Source: a virus (lineage: Duplodnaviria > Caudoviricetes). From it: 33,687 nucleotides of DNA. Of this stretch, positions 9,275-18,522 are shown piece by piece. The stretch lies in IMG/VR virus record IMGVR_UViG_3300032295_001370, positions 1-33,687 of that record; one strand, given 5' to 3'. The notes under the pieces are model-generated. The model searched no databases. It had not been told where the DNA came from and was given only the letters and a program-made list of their open reading frames with translations. Position 1 is the first letter of the stretch; the number at the start of each line of letters is the position of its first letter. The position numbers and the translations under genes were made by a program.

Positions 9275-12199
9275 ATGACCAAAAAGAATATTACTCAATA
9301 TGTATTTACACCAGGTATTGCAGGCGCAGGAACAATCAGAATTCCAGGCGACTATGTGTTAGAAGACATACTGCTAATTACTAATGTAACAGATAACGTT
9401 ATTTTATATAACTTTGCGTCTCCCGCTTTTGCTACAACTAGCGTTACATTTACTGCTGCAAATGATGCTACTAACTTCCCTAGAATTACAGATAGAGAAG
9501 ATGGTTATACCACTATTACACTAGCTGCAAACACTTCTAGTATGAGCTCTAGTGACAAGCTGCTAATATACGTTTTAGGTAAAGAAAACGAAGCAACTAG
9601 TATTAGACCATGGAGTTTTGGTACCGACGCAATCGAACGTATGCGAGTATCAAACCCTGAATCACTAATCGACGCCGACTTTGAATACGGTTTACAGCCT
9701 ACTAAGTGGGCAGGTTTTGGTATTGTTAGAGGATATCCATCAGCCTATGAAATTCCCGGTGTTGACTTAGTTGTTACTGCTATTACAACTGATTTTCAAA
9801 CTACTAGCGCAACTAACAGTTTAATTACTGTGACAACTTCTGCTGTTCACGGTATTACGGTTGGGCAAGCTGTTAACGTTTCTGCGCTAAACTCCGCAAT
9901 TGCTGGGTTCTCTAGAGCTGACGGTACTTTTATTGTTAACTCAGTTCCCACTACAAGCACTCTTACATATTTTGCTCGTGGAACTGTGGGCGCTTCTAGC
10001 GGACAAAGTCTACTTACTGACGCAACACTAATGAAACGTGGGGCAGTATATTCAGGAGCTTCGATACCTGTTGCATCTGCAACTAGTAATGGAGCTAACC
10101 CATCAGTAATTACTCTAAACTTTACTAACCCGCACGGGCTACTTCCCGGTACGGCTATTCATGCTATTGTTGCGTCTGGAACACAAGCTGCTCTAGCTAG
10201 CGGACCTTTTGTTATCTCTAGTGTGCCTAGCTTAACATCGTTAACATACACTGCAAGAGCAGGTGCAATTGTTGTTTCACCGGCAACTGTAACGCTATAT
10301 GCAATGACAAATGCTACTATTGTACACAGATCACAAGATGGCGGAGTTATCCTATCCACTAAAACCCCAACCTATGGATCAATTGTCGCTCGTCAAAGCA
10401 AAAAATACTTCCGTTATCAGTCAGGTAAAGGATTTTTATGGTCTACTGGTACGCTATTTAGACCAAACTACGATATTAGAAGCGTAACTGCGTCTGGAAC
10501 AACAATCGGTTCTACAATTACGGTTACAACTGACGATATAGATCATGGACTACAAATTGGTGCAACTATTGAACTAACGGGCATAACAACTTCTGGATAT
10601 AATGGCACATATACAGTAGCTTCTATAACAAGCGACTATCAATTTACTGTGCTATCTACTAGCGTACTTGGTGCGACAACTGCAACGTTGGGCATAGTAG
10701 CAAAGACATATGTAAAAGCATGGGATGGAGCTGCTGTTCGTGCTGGATTATTTGATGATCAAAATGGGTTATTCTGGGAGTACGATGGTAGCATATTATC
10801 TGTCGTAAGGCGAAATTCTACAACTCAAATAAGTGGAACACTAGCTGTTACACAAAACTCAAACGCTGTAACAGGTACTAATACTAGATTTACTCAGCAG
10901 ATTAAAGCAGGCGACAGAATTGTTATTCGCGGTATGACTCATAATGTTATACAAGTAGCTAGCGATACTTCACTATTTGTAGCACCTGATTATCGCGGCA
11001 TAACTGCTTCAGGAGTAAAAGGAGCTTTAATTCAAGAGTTGCGAATTAGGCAAGAACAATTTAACATAGATAGAGTTGACGGTACTGGGCCTAGTGGTTA
11101 TAATGTAGATCTAAACAAAATGCAAATGGTTGGGCTACAGTATTCTTGGTACGGAGCTGGTTTCGTAGACTTTATGATTCGCGGTAGAGACGGTAACTGG
11201 ATTTTTGTACATCGTCTCAAAAATAACAACGTGAATGACGAAGCTTATATGAGAAGCGGTAACCTTCCAGTTCGTTATTCTATTGAGAATGATAGCCCTG
11301 TTACAGCGCTAAGCTCTGCTATAGATGCTTCTACTACTACAATTCCTGTTGCTGCACTAGAACACTATCCAACAGCTGGTACACTATATATTGATAACGA
11401 AATGATCAGATATACTGGAAAATCTGCAGCAACTGGAGCTGGTAATCTTACAGGTGCAACTCGCGCAGCAACACTAACTCAGTGGCAAGCAGGAACTTCA
11501 TCTACTTTTTCTGCGGGTGCAGCCGCAAGTCATACAGCAGGTACTGGAGTAGTATTAATTAGTAATACTTGTTCTCCAACGTTGAGTCACTGGGGTTCCG
11601 CACTTATTATGGACGGCGGGTTCACACAGGAACGTGGTTACTTCTTTAACTATCAAAGAACTGGTATATCATTATCGACAACTAACGTAACTGCCTTTTT
11701 AATAAGACTTGCCCCTTCAGTATCTAATAGCCAAATTGGTGCTCTAGGTGTTAGAGATCTATTAAATCGTTCTCAACTTCTTCTACAAGCTCTTAAAGTT
11801 GCTACTTCTGCAGGTTCTAGTGCTGGCGCATGTATAGTTGAAGGAGTACTTAATCCAAAGAACTTTACTTCTGCTACATGGCTACCGCTAAATACTGAAG
11901 CAGTTGGAGGTCAACCGAGTCTTGCACAAGTTGCCCAGTCTGTTACTTGGTCTTCTGGCACTTTTGCAGTGCCGGGTGAGCAAATTTTTGCGTTCCCAAC
12001 AACATCAGCTGCTGCTGCAGCTAGCGGAGCTGTTGAAGGCGAGATTATGTTGAACGATCTAAAAGAACTAACCGGTTCCCCACTTGGTGGTGACGGTCAA
12101 TATCCAGATGGCTCTGACGTTCTAGCTATTAACATTCGTCTAACAGCTGGTACTGCTACTGGTCATGTTCTTCTTCGTTGGTCTGAAGCTCAAGCATAA
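9275..12199 (+). CDS. Large virion structural/adhesin protein with repeated small beta modules (974 aa)
   Basis: AAGGA SD; three ITVTT..HG(L/I)..G..(V/I) modules; Thr/Ser/Ala/Gly-rich; resembles aquatic phage virion proteins. Confidence 0.6.
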   Translation: MTKKNITQYVFTPGIAGAGTIRIPGDYVLEDILLITNVTDNVILYNFASPAFATTSVTFTAANDATNFPRITDREDGYTTITLAANTSSMSSSDKLLIYVLGKENEATSIRPWSFGTDAIERMRVSNPESLIDADFEYGLQPTKWAGFGIVRGYPSAYEIPGVDLVVTAITTDFQTTSATNSLITVTTSAVHGITVGQAVNVSALNSAIAGFSRADGTFIVNSVPTTSTLTYFARGTVGASSGQSLLTDATLMKRGAVYSGASIPVASATSNGANPSVITLNFTNPHGLLPGTAIHAIVASGTQAALASGPFVISSVPSLTSLTYTARAGAIVVSPATVTLYAMTNATIVHRSQDGGVILSTKTPTYGSIVARQSKKYFRYQSGKGFLWSTGTLFRPNYDIRSVTASGTTIGSTITVTTDDIDHGLQIGATIELTGITTSGYNGTYTVASITSDYQFTVLSTSVLGATTATLGIVAKTYVKAWDGAAVRAGLFDDQNGLFWEYDGSILSVVRRNSTTQISGTLAVTQNSNAVTGTNTRFTQQIKAGDRIVIRGMTHNVIQVASDTSLFVAPDYRGITASGVKGALIQELRIRQEQFNIDRVDGTGPSGYNVDLNKMQMVGLQYSWYGAGFVDFMIRGRDGNWIFVHRLKNNNVNDEAYMRSGNLPVRYSIENDSPVTALSSAIDASTTTIPVAALEHYPTAGTLYIDNEMIRYTGKSAATGAGNLTGATRAATLTQWQAGTSSTFSAGAAASHTAGTGVVLISNTCSPTLSHWGSALIMDGGFTQERGYFFNYQRTGISLSTTNVTAFLIRLAPSVSNSQIGALGVRDLLNRSQLLLQALKVATSAGSSAGACIVEGVLNPKNFTSATWLPLNTEAVGGQPSLAQVAQSVTWSSGTFAVPGEQIFAFPTTSAAAAASGAVEGEIMLNDLKELTGSPLGGDGQYPDGSDVLAINIRLTAGTATGHVLLRWSEAQA

Positions 12200-12227
12200 T
12201 ACTAAGCTTTTAGAAATAATTTTATGC

Positions 12228-12256
12228 TTGCTTTAGTAAATTTTATATGCTATCTT
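12228..12256 (+). promoter_or_regulatory. Sigma70-type promoter candidate with extended -10
   Basis: TTGCTT (12228-12233), 17 nt spacer, TATCTT (12251-12256) preceded by TGn. Confidence 0.55.
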
Positions 12257-12278
12257 ACTATAAGAAAGAGAGAATATA

Positions 12279-12695
12279 ATGACTAAAGTTTTTGTTAACG
12301 GCACATTTGATATTATACATTCTGGTCATCTATACTTATTAAGCTATGCTAAAAGTTTAGGTGACCATTTACTAGTAGCGTTAGATAGTGATGGCAGAAT
12401 TAAAGCTAAAAAAGGTGATTCTCGACCTGTAAATAATACAAACACTAGAGTTCATATTATGTCTAGTTTTAAATTTGTAGATGATGTTAACATATTTAAC
12501 AGTGATGATGAGCTAGTTCGTATTATAAGAAACTACTCTCCTGATATAATGGTGGTCGGATCTGATTGGCGCGATAAACCAGTTATAGGCAGCGAATACG
12601 CAAAACAATTAATATTCTTTGATAGAATAGAAGATTTATCTACTACAAATACGTTAAATAAGTATTTAAGTAGTATAAGAGAGAATAATATATGA
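12279..12695 (+). CDS. Cytidylyltransferase-family nucleotidyltransferase (TagD / RfaE-HldE domain II-like)
   Basis: NGTFDIIHSGH (HxGH motif), L.VALDSD, KG..RP, PD..V.GSDW and STT motifs. Confidence 0.85.
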   Translation: MTKVFVNGTFDIIHSGHLYLLSYAKSLGDHLLVALDSDGRIKAKKGDSRPVNNTNTRVHIMSSFKFVDDVNIFNSDDELVRIIRNYSPDIMVVGSDWRDKPVIGSEYAKQLIFFDRIEDLSTTNTLNKYLSSIRENNI

Positions 12696-15538
12696 GTAAT
12701 ACCTTTTCAACTCCTTCAGTAGTTACCACTTTATCTCAAAGTAGACTAGACTACAACGAGGCTTTGTTATCACTACTACAAAATTTTGCTAGTGCTGGAC
12801 AACCTTCTGGCGCAGAAATAAATTCTGATGGAACTACAGGACTACGCACTGGTATGTTTTGGTATAAAAGCGGTGCAGACACAGCAGATGGTCAAGGCCG
12901 AATGTTGGTGTATAATGGATCTGAATTTACTAGAAACGGTCTAGCTGTATATAAAATGCCTAGCTTAGTTGCTGCTAATGCTGCGGCAGTTGCTTCTAAA
13001 ATTTCTTATGGCGAGTTAGTATCAGTAGGTAGTGATGCGCTATTTATGGTTAATGCTGCTAATAGTGGGGTATTCCAAGTTGGTGGAGATGCTGTAACTC
13101 TTTCTGGACTAACCTCAGGCCAGTTTGTTCGTACAGACGCAAGTTCTACTATAACTAGTAACTTAACTTTTAGCGGAACTGGCTTTGTTAAGCTTCCGCT
13201 AGGTAATGATTCTCAGCGCCCTGGAACTCCTGCTGCTGGTATGCTTAGATTTAGTAATACTAGTGGCTCTTTTGAAGGGTATGATGGAACTGATTGGGGT
13301 GAAATTGGTGGTGGTGGAGCCTTTACAGATGATGGCACCTATGTATTCTATACAGGTTCAGCAAATGTAGGTATTGGCGTTGCACAACCGCAAGCTAATC
13401 TTCATATTAAAGGTACTGGAAACGTACTAAGACTAGAAACAGGTACACTAACTGATGCTAATGGCGTAGCTATTAGATTCCAACAAACAGACACTACTAT
13501 TATAAATGGTCAAGGCTATGGAGCTATTGAATGGTCTGGTGCTGATACAGGTAATGATGGAGTTCGTGGTTATATAAAAGGAGTTGCTGAAGGCGATACT
13601 GGCGAGTTTGCAGTTAGAATAGGTACTCAAGGAACTGGTGCTAGCTCTCCTACTGACCGAATTACAATTGATAACGCAGGCAGAGTAGGTATTGGTACAG
13701 TTTCTCCAAACGTAACACTACAAGTAGCTGGTAACGTTCACTTATCTGGTGGCGATGCTACAATATTTAATAGAAGCAGTAACTATTTAGCTCTAGGAGC
13801 TAATAATATTGAAGCTCTTAGAATACTTCCTAATACTAATATCGGCGTAGGAGTTACAGCTCCGACTGCCAATATTCATATTGCCGGTACTGGTCCTGTA
13901 CTTAAGCTTCAAACCGCCACAACTACAGATAGCTCTGGAGTTGGACTGCAGTTCGTTCAAAGCGACACTACTATAGTTACAGGTCAAGGCTATGGTGGAG
14001 TAGAGTGGTTTGGGCTCGATGCTAATGGCACAGGTGTACGTGGGTATATCAGAGGCTTTGCAGAAGGTGATTTAGGCGAATTTGGTATTAGAATTGCTAC
14101 TCAAGCTACTGGAGTCAGCGCTCCTGTAGATAGACTTTATGTTTCTAATACAGGTAGAGTTGGCATAGGAGTTGCTGCTCCAACTTCTACGCTAGATGTA
14201 AATGGCGCTGTTACCGCGTTGCTATATTCTGGTGATGGCGGCAGCTTAAGCAACCTAGTTAATGCTTATGCTAATGACGGAGTTACTCTAGCAACTGCAC
14301 GTGGAAACGATCACGCAACTCTACTTAGCGCTCAAGCTAATGACTTTGCTACCTTTAACTTTGCTAGATCCAATGATTTTGCCACACTGCTTAGTGCTCA
14401 GTCTAATGATTGGGCTACGCTACTAACAGCTCGTTCTAATGACTTTGCTACTTTTAGCACTCTTTCAGCTAATGACGGTGTGACACTAGCAACAGCACGT
14501 GGAAACGATCACGTCACACTACTTAGTGCACAAGCTAATGACTGGGCTACTTTTACTACTCTTTCAGCTAATGATGGAGTTACACTTGCAACGGCACGTG
14601 GTAATGACCATGTTACGCTACTTAGCGCGCAAGCCAATGACTTTGCTACTTTTACAACCCTTTCAGCTAATGATGGAGTTACGCTAGCAACTGCACGTGG
14701 TAATGACCACGCAACTCTACTTAGTGCTCAGGCTAACGATTTTGCAACTTTTAACTTTGCTCGTTCTAATGACCATGTCACATTGTTAGCAGCTCAAAGC
14801 AACGATGGCGCTACCTTACTTACAGCTCGCTCAAATGATCATATTACTTATACTGCATTATTGGATGCTTATAGAGCTAATGATTATAACACACTACTTA
14901 CTGCATATAGCAATGATTTAGCTACTTTAAATACTGCTCGTGCTAACGATTTAGCTACTTTAAATACTGCTCGTGCTAACGATTTTAACTCTTATACTAC
15001 TATAGTAGCTTCTATAACTGCACTAGATGCTAAATTTTTACAAAGCAATGCTGCTACTATTAAAGCTACAGGCGATCTAAAGTTTAATGATAGCATCCAA
15101 CTAAATCTAGGTACTGATAATGACGTTGAACACTATTTTAATGGTACTGACTATTATACGGACATCAATGTAGGAGCTAATTGGTTCTTAAGAGACGGAG
15201 ATAGTGCAAATGCCACTCGTTTTACTTTTGATATAGATACGGGTAACTTTACTGCTACTGGTGATGTAGCTGCATTCTCAGACGCTAGGCTAAAATCAAA
15301 CATACACACATATCAAAATGCTCTAGCTACTGTACAACAACTACGCGGAGTTAGATATGAGAGAAATAACAAGCTTAATATCGGTGTTATAGCTCAAGAA
15401 ATCCAAGCCGTCCTACCTGAAGTAGTTAATACTGAAAATGAGTATTTAGCTGTAGCCTACGGAAACATTATTGCTGTACTAATTGAAGCAATAAAAGAGC
15501 TAAGCTTGAAAGTAGAAAAGTTAGAAAAAGGTAAGTAA
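12692..15538 (+). CDS. Long tail fibre protein with C-terminal peptidase S74 intramolecular chaperone (948 aa)
   Basis: GRVGIG..P fibre repeats, duplicated ~110-aa module, 11-aa repeat stalk, and C-terminal SDARLK...GVIAQEI...PEVV...LIEAIKEL chaperone signature. Confidence 0.85.
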   Translation: MSNTFSTPSVVTTLSQSRLDYNEALLSLLQNFASAGQPSGAEINSDGTTGLRTGMFWYKSGADTADGQGRMLVYNGSEFTRNGLAVYKMPSLVAANAAAVASKISYGELVSVGSDALFMVNAANSGVFQVGGDAVTLSGLTSGQFVRTDASSTITSNLTFSGTGFVKLPLGNDSQRPGTPAAGMLRFSNTSGSFEGYDGTDWGEIGGGGAFTDDGTYVFYTGSANVGIGVAQPQANLHIKGTGNVLRLETGTLTDANGVAIRFQQTDTTIINGQGYGAIEWSGADTGNDGVRGYIKGVAEGDTGEFAVRIGTQGTGASSPTDRITIDNAGRVGIGTVSPNVTLQVAGNVHLSGGDATIFNRSSNYLALGANNIEALRILPNTNIGVGVTAPTANIHIAGTGPVLKLQTATTTDSSGVGLQFVQSDTTIVTGQGYGGVEWFGLDANGTGVRGYIRGFAEGDLGEFGIRIATQATGVSAPVDRLYVSNTGRVGIGVAAPTSTLDVNGAVTALLYSGDGGSLSNLVNAYANDGVTLATARGNDHATLLSAQANDFATFNFARSNDFATLLSAQSNDWATLLTARSNDFATFSTLSANDGVTLATARGNDHVTLLSAQANDWATFTTLSANDGVTLATARGNDHVTLLSAQANDFATFTTLSANDGVTLATARGNDHATLLSAQANDFATFNFARSNDHVTLLAAQSNDGATLLTARSNDHITYTALLDAYRANDYNTLLTAYSNDLATLNTARANDLATLNTARANDFNSYTTIVASITALDAKFLQSNAATIKATGDLKFNDSIQLNLGTDNDVEHYFNGTDYYTDINVGANWFLRDGDSANATRFTFDIDTGNFTATGDVAAFSDARLKSNIHTYQNALATVQQLRGVRYERNNKLNIGVIAQEIQAVLPEVVNTENEYLAVAYGNIIAVLIEAIKELSLKVEKLEKGK
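13364..14170 (+). repeat. Internal duplication of a ~110-aa module (about 13364-13696 and 13838-14170)
   Basis: DTTI..GQGYG..EW.G.D....GVRGYI.G.AEGD.GEF..RI.TQ.TG.S.P.DR occurs twice. Confidence 0.9.
14270..15007 (+). repeat. 11-aa repeat block, about 22 units, with a 33-aa higher-order period
   Basis: ANDGVTLATAR-GNDH.TLLSAQ-AND(F/W)ATF... recurs four times; exact 33-bp tandem duplicate at 14915-14980. Confidence 0.9.
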
Positions 15539-15540
15539 TA

Positions 15541-17142
15541 ATGGTTTTACAAGCAAGCGGGCTAATAAGCTTATCAAATATAAAATCAGAATTTAACGGT
15601 ATAGATCCAGTAGAGCTTAGCGATTACTATAGGGGTGGTGTGTACGTACCAAATCTTCCTTTGAATGCTAATGTTCCTACTAGTGGTACTATTAACGTAC
15701 AAAATTTTTATGGAGCCACGGTAGCTACATTCAATATTAGTCCTAATGTTAGTACCGTAAACGAAGGCGACACTGTAAGATTTAGCGTAACTACAAATAA
15801 TTTTTCTGGCACACTATACTGGTCTATACTGGGCGGCGTTACAAATTCGGATTTTAGTAGCCCACTAAATGCCGTAACCGCTGGTGGCACACTAACTGTG
15901 TCTGCAAATTCAGGTCTACTAGATCTTACTACTAGCGCTGATTTAACTACAGAAGGTTCCGAATCGTTTTCGGTTCGTTTAAAAGCTCTTTCTACATCCG
16001 GCCCAGTGGTAACTCAATCTTCAAACGTATTTATAAATGATACTAGCGTAAATCCATTCTATGTAACTCTAACAAGAAGTACTGGGACTAGTCTTATAGC
16101 TCCTAATAATGTCACATTTACTCTTACTAGTAACGGTATTCCAAATGGTAGAACTGTTGGCTATACCGTAACAGGCATACAAGCAGATGATCTAACGTCT
16201 GGATCGTTAACAGGCAACTTTACTATTAATAATAATACTGCTACAGTAACTTTAGGTATAGATAGCTTTATAGGTCAACTATTTTTAGTAGATATTAATG
16301 CTGTAGACAAAGTAGCAAGACTTAGGGCTAATGAAGACCTAACCACATTAGGAACTTCCTACCAACAAACTTTATCAAACGTATCAAATAGTGGTTTCGG
16401 CAGCTTAACTTGGAAACCGGATGGTACCAGTCTTTACCTAGCTAATTTTACTAGAGATTCAGTAGATCAATATAATTTAACAGTACCTTTTGACTTAACA
16501 ACTGCAACTATAACTACAGCTAACGCTAAACTTCTCCCTACAGCCATAAATTCTCCTTTGGGTATGTACATATCCACAGGTGGTACTAACCTAGTTATAA
16601 TGGATGCTGTAGATAGAGCAATATATAGGATGGCTATAGGTACTGCATGGAATATAAGTACTCTAAGCGGTACTACTTTCTCCTCAACAGTTCTACCAGC
16701 GGCTACATATAGAGGTTTAGATATGAGTTCTAATGGTATACTATACTTTACTTGTGCTGTTTCTACTGGAACAGTTCAAACATTTAAAGGTACTACAGCA
16801 TTTAGACCGGATACAATGAGTACAACTCCTATAGAAAATTGGAATCCACCTAGCCCTACATTCCCAACAGGTATAAGATTTAATAGTGATGGAACTAAAT
16901 TGTACCTATTTGATCAAACACCTAATTTATACTATTATACATTAGGCACTGCATATACCCTTAATACAGCATCTTTAGTTACCTCTGCTAGCGTATCTAG
17001 TATAGATTCATTAGCAGACATATCTGATGTTTATTGGACCAATGTAGAATCAGAAACTCTTACTATAACTACTGCTTCTACCGATTCTGGAGGCGTTACT
17101 GCCGGATTGCCTAAGAGTAATGCTGTTATTATTACAAACTAA
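15541..17142 (+). CDS. Fibre-tip adhesin-like protein (533 aa): N-terminal attachment domain, Ig/Calx-beta-like domains, beta-propeller
   Basis: M.LQ.SG.ISL..I..EF...LSDYYRGG..VP...P.SG.I....FYG N-terminus, of a type often seen after S74 fibres; VNEG...D.TTEG.E.F segment; PDG..LY / Y.L...W.IST propeller repeats. Confidence 0.65.
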   Translation: MVLQASGLISLSNIKSEFNGIDPVELSDYYRGGVYVPNLPLNANVPTSGTINVQNFYGATVATFNISPNVSTVNEGDTVRFSVTTNNFSGTLYWSILGGVTNSDFSSPLNAVTAGGTLTVSANSGLLDLTTSADLTTEGSESFSVRLKALSTSGPVVTQSSNVFINDTSVNPFYVTLTRSTGTSLIAPNNVTFTLTSNGIPNGRTVGYTVTGIQADDLTSGSLTGNFTINNNTATVTLGIDSFIGQLFLVDINAVDKVARLRANEDLTTLGTSYQQTLSNVSNSGFGSLTWKPDGTSLYLANFTRDSVDQYNLTVPFDLTTATITTANAKLLPTAINSPLGMYISTGGTNLVIMDAVDRAIYRMAIGTAWNISTLSGTTFSSTVLPAATYRGLDMSSNGILYFTCAVSTGTVQTFKGTTAFRPDTMSTTPIENWNPPSPTFPTGIRFNSDGTKLYLFDQTPNLYYYTLGTAYTLNTASLVTSASVSSIDSLADISDVYWTNVESETLTITTASTDSGGVTAGLPKSNAVIITN

Positions 17143-17151
17143 AGGAATACA

Positions 17152-18435
17152 ATGACTAACAACTATTTTAAGGTACCCGTTGATAAGCTAGTATCGCGAC
17201 TACCAGATAAATACGGTTTCAAAGAGCTTAATATTAGCCAACAAGCTATGATGGATGGTCTTTCAACTAAACGAAACTGGGTTCATATATCAGCTCGTCG
17301 TACTGGTAAGTCTAGTGGTGCAGCTGTGCTAGCACTAGCTAAACTACTAGAACCTAATCAGCAAGTAATTGTTGTTGCGCCTGACTTCAACCTAAGCTCT
17401 ATTATTTGGGATTTTACTACCGAATTGATCGAAGCATTTAATATTGAAACAAAACGTTTCAATCTAAAAGATCGTGTTGTAAAGCTTGTAAATGATAGTA
17501 CTCTAAGACTACTATCAGCTAACAATAGAAGTTCGCTCGTTGGTCGTGCTGCTAACCTGCTAATTGTAGACGAAGCTGCACTTATCCCAGACGATGAATA
17601 TTTTACTAGAGACTTACGCCCGGCTCTGTCCACCTTCCCGGACTCTCGTGCACTATTTATTTCTACTCCTCGCGGTAAAGAAAACTACCTATATAACTAC
17701 TATCTACGTGGCCAAGATGAAAGCTTTCCTGAATGGGGTAGTGGACTATTTCCTTGGCACGCTAATCCTAGACTTACACAAGAAGATATTGAACAAGCTA
17801 GACGCGCTATTCCTGAATCACTATTCAGACAAGAATATTATTGCGAGTGGGCTACTTTTGAAGGTCAGATTTATAAACTAGACGAAAATGACCATCTAAA
17901 AGATCTTACTAGTGAATCAGCTCCTTTCAAAATTACTCCTGGTGATTCGCGCTTTACATTTATCGCAGGTCTTGACATGGGTTATAGAGACGCTACAGCC
18001 TTTGTAGTATTAGCTACCGATGGCAGTACTTGGTTTGTTGTAGACGAATATATTGCTGAAGAAGGCACTACTAGTCAACATGCGGAAGTAATTAAGTCTA
18101 TGGTTGAGCTATGGGATATCGAAAACATATTTATAGATTCGGCGGCTCAACAAACTAAAGCAGATTTAGTATATGATTATGATATTGCTTGTGAAAACGC
18201 TATTAAAAGTGTTAACGATGGTATAGCTCATGTGCAAAGTCTTATAGAGCAAGACAAAATTATATTTGATATGGGTAATGCTTCTCATACCTTTAAAAGT
18301 ATGACAGCTTATCGTTGGAATTCTAGAACTGAAAAGTCAAAACCACTTCATGATTGGACTTCTCACTGCTGCGATGCTATGCGCTACGCTATATATACAT
18401 ACACTAAAAATAGTGCTATTAGTATATATGCCTAG
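17152..18435 (+). CDS. terL: Terminase large subunit
   Basis: Walker A SARRTGKS, Walker B LIVDEAA, ISTP coupling motif, nuclease motifs GLDMG and H..DAMRY; AAGGA SD. Confidence 0.95.
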   Translation: MTNNYFKVPVDKLVSRLPDKYGFKELNISQQAMMDGLSTKRNWVHISARRTGKSSGAAVLALAKLLEPNQQVIVVAPDFNLSSIIWDFTTELIEAFNIETKRFNLKDRVVKLVNDSTLRLLSANNRSSLVGRAANLLIVDEAALIPDDEYFTRDLRPALSTFPDSRALFISTPRGKENYLYNYYLRGQDESFPEWGSGLFPWHANPRLTQEDIEQARRAIPESLFRQEYYCEWATFEGQIYKLDENDHLKDLTSESAPFKITPGDSRFTFIAGLDMGYRDATAFVVLATDGSTWFVVDEYIAEEGTTSQHAEVIKSMVELWDIENIFIDSAAQQTKADLVYDYDIACENAIKSVNDGIAHVQSLIEQDKIIFDMGNASHTFKSMTAYRWNSRTEKSKPLHDWTSHCCDAMRYAIYTYTKNSAISIYA

Positions 18436-18464
18436 GTATTAACATATTTCAAAAATAAAATATT

Positions 18465-18493
18465 TTGACTATTCCGAACATTAGACTTATAAT
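18465..18493 (+). promoter_or_regulatory. Strong sigma70-type promoter
   Basis: TTGACT (18465-18470), 17 nt spacer, TATAAT (18488-18493); A-tract UP-like element upstream. Confidence 0.8.
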
Positions 18494-18522
18494 AAATTAA
18501 GAAAATTAAAAGTGATACTCTT

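Noticed and set aside
1306-15007. 33-nt periodic repeats as a CRISPR array or non-coding repeat array
   Set aside because: They are in-frame coding repeats that vary at third codon positions; there is no constant repeat with unique spacers and no cas gene.
8761-17881. Alternate-frame plus-strand ORFs 8761..9090, 14499..14687 and 17594..17881
   Set aside because: Nested in or largely overlapping better-supported genes, with no recognisable motifs.
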